Shown here: in pieces, positions 18,477 to 25,688 of the stretch
Numbering within the stretch: position 1 is the first letter of the stretch
Layout of the letters: each line of letters starts with the position of its first letter
Source of the DNA: a virus
Lineage: Duplodnaviria; Heunggongvirae; Uroviricota; Caudoviricetes
Direction: 5' to 3' (one strand)
Virus record (IMG/VR): IMGVR_UViG_2627853701_000015
DNA: 25,688 nucleotides
Made by a program: the position numbers and the translations under genes
Notes under the pieces: model-generated
Told to the model about the DNA's origin: nothing
What the model saw: the letters and a program-made list of their open reading frames with translations, nothing else
The model's database searches: none

Positions 18477-19041
18477 CATCCGGCGCGGTGCTGGTATCTG
18501 TTGCCGTCACCGCGTCAATGTAATCCAGCACGGCGTTAAGTCGGGTTGTTTCTGCCTGAGTCAGTTTCCGTCCGGCCTGTAACTTCAGCTGAATCAGACT
18601 AATGGAAGCCATTGCTGCATCAATCAGTGATTGGCGCTGTGCTTCTGCCGCGTCTACTGCGGCACTGTGTTGTGCCTCAGTGTCTGTCACCCATTTCTCA
18701 CCATCCCATTTATCGTATGGCGTTAACGGTGAAATCGTGACATAACCGTCTTTGATGGCACCGATATAATCCACTGTAACAGCTGCGCCATTTTCGATTG
18801 AGTAAACAGTCTCATTGCGATGGTCTTCTTCATGGCTCCATCCCTTACCTGTAAATACTGCCACTCTTCCCGGAATGTTTTCGCCAGGGTCAATACCAGT
18901 GGAACAGGCGGGCATACTTACGCCAGTATTAATATATTCATCAGACCAGCCCGTATACTCAGATGTTTCAGCATCATAATAAAAACAACGCATATCGCCC
19001 GGCACTGTAGCCAGCCCATTTTCATCAAAAACAGGTTTCAT
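18448..19041 (-). CDS. tail fibre assembly protein
   Basis: 197 aa; start overlaps the fibre stop (ATGA at 19041); C-terminal 'APDVIWPELP' paralogous to the other cassette. Confidence 0.7.
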   Translation of the reverse strand: MKPVFDENGLATVPGDMRCFYYDAETSEYTGWSDEYINTGVSMPACSTGIDPGENIPGRVAVFTGKGWSHEEDHRNETVYSIENGAAVTVDYIGAIKDGYVTISPLTPYDKWDGEKWVTDTEAQHSAAVDAAEAQRQSLIDAAMASISLIQLKLQAGRKLTQAETTRLNAVLDYIDAVTATDTSTAPDVIWPELPEA

Positions 19042-19835
19042 TATTTAGCCCTCACCAGAAAGTTAAATGCAATATTTCGCGGTCTGACTGCAACAAAATT
19101 CACACCATCACCCACAGAGTTACTGGTGAAATTAAATCGTGAAAATCCTGGCTGATTTCCGGCGATGCCATCATGAAAGTTAATTGCGTGTCCCGCACCT
19201 TCGCCTATATTCCCGGCAAACTGAGAAAAGTTTGTAGCTGCCTGCCAGCTTAATAATTCGCGACCACCGTCTGCACCTCGCCCGTCATCCCAGATACGAA
19301 TGAAATCACCGCGGGCTTCAGGTAATACCAGCGAAGGAAACACTTTCGCCAGCACAGGATAATCAGTGGCAGAGAATTTCGCGCCGTTGAACTTCAAAAA
19401 CACCATACAGGACCAGCTGTCGATTACAGTATTTGGCATTGCAGCGGACGGCCAGAAGAACGGAACGCCAATAGCTGGAGCACCTTCTCCCAAACCAAGG
19501 TTTTGAAGAGCCGTTTTCACCGTGCCGTCCGATTTGATATCGCCAAACGGATTCTTGCGGCTCAGGTATTCAACAGCAAACCCCGATCCCAGCAATTCAA
19601 CAAAACCGGGCAGATCACCATTATCAAGCACATCCCGTTGCGTTTTATCACTTACAAACTGGGCCAGAGCTGCAGCAATAAAGCTGGCCTGCCGAATAAC
19701 CTTATTGACTTGCGCACTGGATGCTTTCCCTGCTGTAAATCCGGATATAAGCGCAGGCAACGCTTCCCATTCCTCCTGCGACATAACATTGGCATTTCGA
19801 TCAGTTGCAAACGCTTTAAAGTCATTTTTCGCCAT
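19041..19835 (-). CDS. side tail fibre protein, constant N-terminus joined to the currently expressed variable C-terminus
   Basis: 265 aa from 'MAKNDFKAF...'; the crossover site at 19485-19510 lies inside the gene, so the C-terminal ~150 aa belong to the invertible segment. Confidence 0.7.
   Translation of the reverse strand: MAKNDFKAFATDRNANVMSQEEWEALPALISGFTAGKASSAQVNKVIRQASFIAAALAQFVSDKTQRDVLDNGDLPGFVELLGSGFAVEYLSRKNPFGDIKSDGTVKTALQNLGLGEGAPAIGVPFFWPSAAMPNTVIDSWSCMVFLKFNGAKFSATDYPVLAKVFPSLVLPEARGDFIRIWDDGRGADGGRELLSWQAATNFSQFAGNIGEGAGHAINFHDGIAGNQPGFSRFNFTSNSVGDGVNFVAVRPRNIAFNFLVRAK
19485..19510. repeat. invertase crossover site, right
   Basis: TTCTCCCAAACCAAGGTTTTGAAGAG; its reverse complement matches the site at 17627-17652 at ~21 of 26 positions. 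Confidence 0.65.
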
Positions 19836-20146
19836 CAGAGTAATACTCCCCATGCCCCTACATCAAAACCACTGATGAATTCGTTATCCATATCAAAACC
19901 AAAAAATTTAGAGCCTTCCGATGGAGTTTCCACCGAAGGTGTTTCAATGCCCCCCGCCCATACCCCGGCGGCTTTTACTGTTAGATACCCCTGTTTAATT
20001 GCCGCAATTAACTCACGCGATACATCTGAAATATCAGTATCAGGAAAGACCCAGACCGATATCGTCATGTCCTGGTTATCGATGTTGGCGATCCGACGCA
20101 TCTGCTCACGGTCAAAGTTAACCATCTGTGCGGCGATGTTTTTCAT
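19835..20146 (-). pseudogene. lambda P-type gene truncated after ~21 codons and fused to the 3' end of a tail-module gene
   Basis: 'MKNIAAQMVNFDREQMRRIAN' matches the lambda P N-terminus as I recall it, with ATGA overlap to O; the rest is unrelated and ends at the fibre start. Confidence 0.6.
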
Positions 20147-21042
20147 AAATCCACCCCGTAAATCCAGTCAGTGTTTGTCAGGTCGAGTTTTGGTTTGCTG
20201 GCTGTCACGCCTGCCTGTTGCTTGTTACGGTTGATTTCGAGCTGGGTCCACTTGTCGCGGAGTTTGGCCGGACTCAGCACGTTACCGGACCAGAAGTTGT
20301 CCTGGCAGGCCCAGCGGAAAAGCACACACATATCGCGGTGGTTACGTCCGTCACGTTCACGCATCAGGCGGATATCGTTAGCCCACCCAGCAAAATTCGG
20401 TTTTCTGGCTGATGGCGCGATGGTCTTCACCATGTCAAACATCCACTCTGCGGCGGTCAGGTCTTCTGCTGTTCCCCACTTGCTGCCGCTCTGAATTGCA
20501 GCATCCGGTTTAACCACAGAAAGATCGTTTTCTGGCTGGTCAGAGGATTCGCCAGAATTCTCGGACGAATAATCTTTTCTTTTTTCTTTTGTAATAGTGT
20601 CTTTTGTGTCCCCCTGTTTTGAGGGATAGCAATCCCCCAATTTGAGGGATGTTTTATCCCTCGTTTTAGGGGATTTTCCCTCGTTTTGAGGGATACACCA
20701 TTCTGAGATGTTTTTATTTGGTCCAAACATGCCGCCTTGCTGCTTGATAATATTCATTCTGACGAGTTCTAACTTGGCTTCATTGCACCGTTTGACAGGT
20801 AACTTTGTAATCTCGCTAAGTTGAGAATCGGTGATTCTGTCCATTGGTTTATTCCACCCATAGGTTTTACGCAGAATGGCAAGCAGCACTTTAAACTGTC
20901 GCTTGGTCAGATCTGCGCCCGAATAAGCCTCAAGCAGCATATTTGATAGTCTGGCGTAACCATCATCGAGATCTGCCACATTACGCTCCTGTCCGGCAAA
21001 GTTACCTCTGCCGAAGTTGAGTATTTTTGCTGTATTTGTCAT
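20143..21042 (-). CDS. O: lambda O-type replication initiator
   Basis: 299 aa 'MTNTAKILNFGRGNFAGQERNVADLDDGYARL...' matches lambda O as I recall it; the iteron array lies inside the gene. Confidence 0.9.
   Translation of the reverse strand: MTNTAKILNFGRGNFAGQERNVADLDDGYARLSNMLLEAYSGADLTKRQFKVLLAILRKTYGWNKPMDRITDSQLSEITKLPVKRCNEAKLELVRMNIIKQQGGMFGPNKNISEWCIPQNEGKSPKTRDKTSLKLGDCYPSKQGDTKDTITKEKRKDYSSENSGESSDQPENDLSVVKPDAAIQSGSKWGTAEDLTAAEWMFDMVKTIAPSARKPNFAGWANDIRLMRERDGRNHRDMCVLFRWACQDNFWSGNVLSPAKLRDKWTQLEINRNKQQAGVTASKPKLDLTNTDWIYGVDL
20608..20696. repeat. ori-lambda iterons
   Basis: Four ~19-bp repeats of TCCCTCnnnnTGAGGGA type with an adjacent AT-rich tract (20570-20605), inside O. Confidence 0.8.
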
Positions 21043-21074
21043 AATGACTCCTGTTGATAGATCCAGTAATGACC

Positions 21075-21368
21075 TCAGAACTCCATCTGGATTTGTTCAG
21101 AACGCTCGGTTGCCGCCGGGCGTTTTTTATTGGTGAGAATCGCAGCAACTTGTCGCGCCAATCGAGCCATGTCGTCGTCAACGACCCCCCATTCAAGAAC
21201 AGCAAGCAGCATTGAGAACTTTGGAATCCAGTCTCTCTTCCACCTGCTGATCTGCGACTTATCAACTCCCACAGCTTCCGCTGTCTTCTCAGTTCCAAGC
21301 ATTGCGATTTTGTTAAGCAACGCACTCTCGATTCGTAGAGCCTCGTTGCGTTTGTTTGCACGAACCAT
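21075..21368 (-). CDS. cII: CII transcriptional activator
   Basis: 'MVRANKRNEALRIESALLNKIAMLGTEKTAEAVGVDKSQISRWKRDWIPKF' matches lambda CII; start at the internal ATG. Confidence 0.9.
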   Translation of the reverse strand: MVRANKRNEALRIESALLNKIAMLGTEKTAEAVGVDKSQISRWKRDWIPKFSMLLAVLEWGVVDDDMARLARQVAAILTNKKRPAATERSEQIQMEF

Positions 21369-21486
21369 ATGTAAGTATTTCCTTAGATAACAATTGATTG
21401 AATGTATGCAAATAAATGCATACACCATAGGTGTGGTTTAATTGGATGCCCTTTTTCAGGGCTGGAATGTGTAAGAGCGGGGTTAT

Positions 21487-21696
<210 letters not shown>

Positions 21697-21713
21697 TTAG
21701 TACATGCAACCAT

Positions 21714-21777
21714 TATCACCGCCAGAGGTAAAGCAGTCAACACGCGCGGTGTTAGATATTTATCCCTTGCGGTGATA
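21714..21777. promoter_or_regulatory. OR1-OR2-OR3 operators with divergent PR and PRM
   Basis: TATCACCGCCAGAGGTA (21714-21730), CAACACGCGCGGTGTTA (21738-21754), TATCCCTTGCGGTGATA (21761-21777) between cro and cI. Confidence 0.85.
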
Positions 21778-21784
21778 GATTTAA

Positions 21785-22501
<717 letters not shown>

Positions 22502-22628
22502 TAGGAAGTAAGTTTTATGTTGACGGCACAGTCAACTTGGCATAGATTAATTAAACCAAGCCCAGCCCCGTTCGCAGACAATTGTTAATATCTGCATAAC
22601 GGCTCTGGGCTATTTTTTTGGGACTCTT

Positions 22629-22983
22629 ATGAAGAAAGCAGCAATTTTAATTGATGCGGGTTTTTTCATGCAGCGTGTTCATGCTACGCATCGTAAACAC
22701 TTCGCCGAGCATGAACTGACTGCGCAATGCATAATGAAAGTAATATGGTCAATGGTTCTTTCCCATCTTAATGGAAAACGTCAATCACAAGAACGTAGGG
22801 AACCGCTTGAGCTTTATAGAATTTACTTCTATGACTGTCCACCACTCGACATTCAAACACGCCTTCCACTTCCTGAGCCTGGCAATAAGACGCCTGGTCG
22901 CAAGAATTTCAAACTCGAAAAATCATATATTCTGAGAACGGAGCTGCATGAAGAGTTAAGAAAAACTCGAAAAACAGCCATAA
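22629..22983 (+). pseudogene. gene at the rexA position downstream of cI, interrupted by IS629
   Basis: 118 native codons run into the IS left end at 22984; joining across the IS gives ~153 aa; no resemblance to RexA that I can see. Confidence 0.5.
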
Positions 22984-23037
22984 TGAACCGCCCCGGAAAT
23001 CCTGGAGACTAAACTCCCTGAGAAAGAGGTAAACAGG

Positions 23038-23364
23038 ATGACTAAAAATACTCGTTTTTCCCCCGAAGTCCGTCAGCGGGCGATTCGTATGGTTCTGGAA
23101 AGTCAGGATGAATATGACTCACAGTGGGCGGCAATTTGTTCCATTGCCCCAAAGATTGGCTGTACGCCGGAGACTCTGCGTGTCTGGGTTCGCCAGCATG
23201 AGCGGGATACCGGGGGCGGTGATGGTGGGCTCACCAGCGCTGAACGTCAGCGTCTGAAAGAGCTGGAACGTGAAAATCGTGAACTGCGCCGCAGTAACGA
23301 TATCCTTCGCCAGGCTTCCGCTTATTTTGCGAAGGCGGAGTTCGACCGCCTCTGGAAAAAATGA
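23038..23364 (+). CDS. IS629 OrfA (HTH/leucine-zipper transposase subunit)
   Basis: 108 aa ending at the A6 slippery tract 'GGAAAAAATGA' typical of the IS3-family -1 frameshift. Confidence 0.85.
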   Translation: MTKNTRFSPEVRQRAIRMVLESQDEYDSQWAAICSIAPKIGCTPETLRVWVRQHERDTGGGDGGLTSAERQRLKELERENRELRRSNDILRQASAYFAKAEFDRLWKK

Positions 23365-24251
23365 TGCCACTGCTGGATAAGCTGCGTGAGCAGTACGGGG
23401 TCGGACCGGTATGCAGCGAACTGCATATTGCCCCGTCAACGTATTACCATTGTCAGCAACAGCGACATCATCCGGATAAACGCAGTGCCCGTGCGCAGCA
23501 CGACGACTGGCTGAAGAGAGAGATACAGCGCGTATACGATGAAAATCATCAGGTGTACGGTGTGCGTAAAGTCTGGCGTCAGTTGTTACGGGAAGGAATC
23601 AGGGTGGCCAGATGTACAGTGGCACGTCTCATGGCGGTTATGGGACTTGCCGGTGTTCTCCGGGGTAAAAAGGTCCGTACGACCATCAGCCGGAAAGCCG
23701 TTGCCGCAGGCGACCGCGTAAACCGTCAGTTCGTGGCAGAACGACCTGACCAGCTGTGGGTGGCTGATTTTACTTACGTCAGCACATGGCAGGGCTTCGT
23801 CTATGTGGCGTTTATCATTGATGTGTTTGCCGGATACATCGTGGGGTGGCGGGTCTCATCGTCTATGGAAACGACATTCGTGCTGGATGCGCTGGAGCAG
23901 GCGTTGTGGGCCCGTCGTCCGTCTGGCACCATCCATCACAGCGATAAAGGCTCTCAGTATGTGTCACTGGCCTATACGGAGCGACTAAAAGAAGCCGGAT
24001 TACTGGCATCAACAGGGAGTACAGGCGACTCGTATGACAACGCGATGGCTGAGAGCATCAATGGTCTTTACAAAGCGGAGGTAATACACCGTAAGAGCTG
24101 GAAAAACCGTGCAGAAGTGGAACTGGCCACACTAACGTGGGTGGACTGGTATAACAATCGACGATTGCTGGGAAGGCTGGGCCATACTCCTCCGGCAGAA
24201 GCAGAAAAAGCTTATTATGCTTCCATCGGAAACGATGATCTGGCAGCCTGA
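23361..24251 (+). CDS. IS629 OrfB (DDE transposase catalytic subunit)
   Basis: 296 aa; DDE region 'WVADFTYV...HHSDKGSQY...DNAMAES'; overlaps orfA in the -1 frame. Confidence 0.85.
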   Translation: MMPLLDKLREQYGVGPVCSELHIAPSTYYHCQQQRHHPDKRSARAQHDDWLKREIQRVYDENHQVYGVRKVWRQLLREGIRVARCTVARLMAVMGLAGVLRGKKVRTTISRKAVAAGDRVNRQFVAERPDQLWVADFTYVSTWQGFVYVAFIIDVFAGYIVGWRVSSSMETTFVLDALEQALWARRPSGTIHHSDKGSQYVSLAYTERLKEAGLLASTGSTGDSYDNAMAESINGLYKAEVIHRKSWKNRAEVELATLTWVDWYNNRRLLGRLGHTPPAEAEKAYYASIGNDDLAA

Positions 24252-24423
24252 GTTCACAGATAAAACACTCTCCAGGAAACCCGGGGCGGTTCATAACCAA
24301 TTGTATTTATTTTAAAATTAATAGGTGCAACTCACTAAACAACGCAATTCTGATCTCTCGATCACCTCCCAAGCCACACAACCCTGCAAAAAATAAATCT
24401 ATATAAAAAACATACAGATAACC

Positions 24424-24483
24424 ATCTGCGGTGATAAATTATCTCTGGCGGTGTTGACACAAATACCACTAGCGGTGATACTA
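24424..24483 (+). promoter_or_regulatory. OL3-OL2-OL1 operators and PL promoter
   Basis: CATCTGCGGTGATAAAT, TATCTCTGGCGGTGTTG, TACCACTAGCGGTGATA with TTGACA -35 and GATACT -10, matching the lambda PL region. Confidence 0.85.
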
Positions 24484-24521
24484 AGCACATCAGCAGGACG
24501 CACTAACCACCATGAAGGTGA

Positions 24522-24552
24522 TGCTCTTAAAAATTAAGCCCTGAAGAAGGGC
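24522..24552 (+). promoter_or_regulatory. nutL (boxA-like plus boxB hairpin)
   Basis: TGCTCTTAA then GCCCTGAAGAAGGGC hairpin between PL and the N start. Confidence 0.6.
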
Positions 24553-24709
24553 AGCATTCAAAGCAGAAGGCTTTGGTGTGTGTGATACGAAACGAAGCAT
24601 TGGCCGGAAGTGCGAATCCGGATTAGCAGCCAATGTGCCATTGCGGGGTGTTTTCGTTCAGGACTACGACTCCCACACACAACCAAAGCTAACTAACAGG
24701 AGAATCCAG

Positions 24710-24823
24710 ATGGATGCACAAACACGCCGCCGCGAACGTCGCGCAGAGAAACAGGCTCAATGGAAAGCAGATCGGATTCTGGCTTCAACATTTCGCAGGA
24801 ATGCAACTAAGAGACATTACTGA
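24710..24823 (+). pseudogene. N antiterminator truncated after 20 codons by a deletion junction
   Basis: '[20 protein letters not shown]' matches the lambda N N-terminus; from 24771 the DNA is integrase-derived and the N frame stops after 17 unrelated codons. Confidence 0.7.
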
Positions 24824-25688
24824 ATCAAAAATTTATTCAGCAATGCAGAAAATGACGAACCGGCGTCATGAGGAAAACTGGAAACTCAGGGCAGAAGCAT
24901 GCAGAAAAAAAGGGAAACCTGTTCCAGAATACACGCCAAAACCAGCGTCCGTTGCAACGAAGGCTACGCATCTTTCATTTATAAAGGCCCTGCTAAGAGC
25001 CGCAGAGCGTGAATGGAAAATGCTCGATAAGGCACCAATTATTAAAGTGCCTCAACCAAAGAATAAACGGATCCGCTGGCTGGAGCCCCATGAAGCACAA
25101 AGGCTGATTGATGAATGTCCGGAGCCATTAAAGTCTGTTGTTGAATTTGCACTGGCAACAGGCTTAAGACGCTCGAACATCATCAACCTTGAATGGCAAC
25201 AAATAGATATGCAGCGCCGGGTGGCATGGATAAACCCGGAAGAGAGTAAATCAAACCGCGCAATTGGCGTTGCGCTGAATGATACTGCATGTCGCGTATT
25301 GAAAAAACAAATCGGTAATCATCACCGTTGGGTATTTGTGTACAAGGAAAGCTGTACCAAACCAGACGGAACGAAAGCGCCAACAGTAAGGAAGATGCGG
25401 TATGACGCAAACACAGCCTGGAAAGCGGCGCTGAGACGGGCTGGTATTGATGATTTCAGATTTCACGACTTGAGACACACCTGGGCAAGTTGGCTGGTTC
25501 AAGCCGGAGTCCCGTTGTCAGTGTTACAGGAAATGGGAGGCTGGGAGTCTATCGAAATGGTTCGTCGATATGCTCACCTTGCACCTAATCACCTTACCGA
25601 ACACGCACGGCAAATAGACTCGATCCTGAACCCATCGGTCCCAAATTTGTCCCAGTCAAAAAATAAGGAAGGTACTAATGATGTGTAA
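24771..25688 (+). pseudogene. N-terminally deleted tyrosine integrase (DLP12 IntD-like), runs off the window end
   Basis: '[18 protein letters not shown]...' onward resembles a lambdoid integrase from about residue 85, with catalytic '[10 protein letters not shown]...MVRRYAHL'; no native start, offset +1 from the N' frame. Confidence 0.75.

Larger units (their letters stand above)
22984..24293 (+). mobile_element. IS629-type IS3-family insertion sequence, 1310 bp, with 3-bp TAA target duplication
   Basis: Ends TGAACCGCCCCGG... and ...CCGGGGCGGTTCA; OrfA '[15 protein letters not shown]...' matches IS629 as I recall it; TAA at 22981-22983 and 24294-24296. Confidence 0.85.

Noticed and set aside
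20608-20696. Possible CRISPR array, suggested by regularly spaced direct repeats
   Set aside because: The repeats are ~19 bp, lie inside the O gene and match the ori-lambda iteron pattern; no spacers of uniform length and no cas genes.
20171-20726. ORFs 20171-20494, 20218-20412 and 20457-20726 overlapping O
   Set aside because: Nested in or antisense to O, which has near-complete recalled identity to lambda O.
22629-23012. rexA immediately downstream of cI
   Set aside because: The protein does not resemble RexA as I recall it and the gene is far too short; the position is rex-like but the gene is different and IS-disrupted.

Overview
Enterobacterial (E. coli/Shigella-like) accessory region built from at least three nested mobile elements. 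(1) 1-900: a chromosomal-looking LysR-type regulator gene. (2) ~1027-13865: a P4-type satellite prophage of ~12.8 kb, bounded by the 3' 46 nt of a tRNA-Thr (13820-13865) and a degenerate repeat near 1027. It carries a P4-type integrase, an AT-rich cargo operon in the psu/delta-int hotspot, a sid-like/psu-like/delta-like late operon with a TGT-N12-ACA activator site, alpA, three small coupled ORFs, an alpha-type primase-helicase and a second AT-rich cargo gene. (3) 13866-15945: an AT-rich islet with a transposase remnant and an AraC-family regulator, ending at a tRNA-Ser 3' fragment (15946-16007). (4) 16008-25688: a deleted, mosaic lambdoid prophage remnant with a GIY-YIG protein, a Pin-type invertase with an invertible tail-fibre segment, P truncated and fused to a tail-module gene, O with ori iterons, cII, cro, OR, cI, an IS629 copy with TAA duplications inside the gene after cI, OL/PL, nutL, N truncated and joined to an N-terminally deleted integrase that runs off the window. 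The most interesting locus is the hotspot operon (9289-12565): a Mrr-like PD-(D/E)xK nuclease, a small protein and an SMC/Rad50-like ABC ATPase in three pieces, an architecture resembling Lamassu-type defence systems but with apparent interruptions. All family assignments are from motif recognition and recalled sequences by eye; no database search was run.
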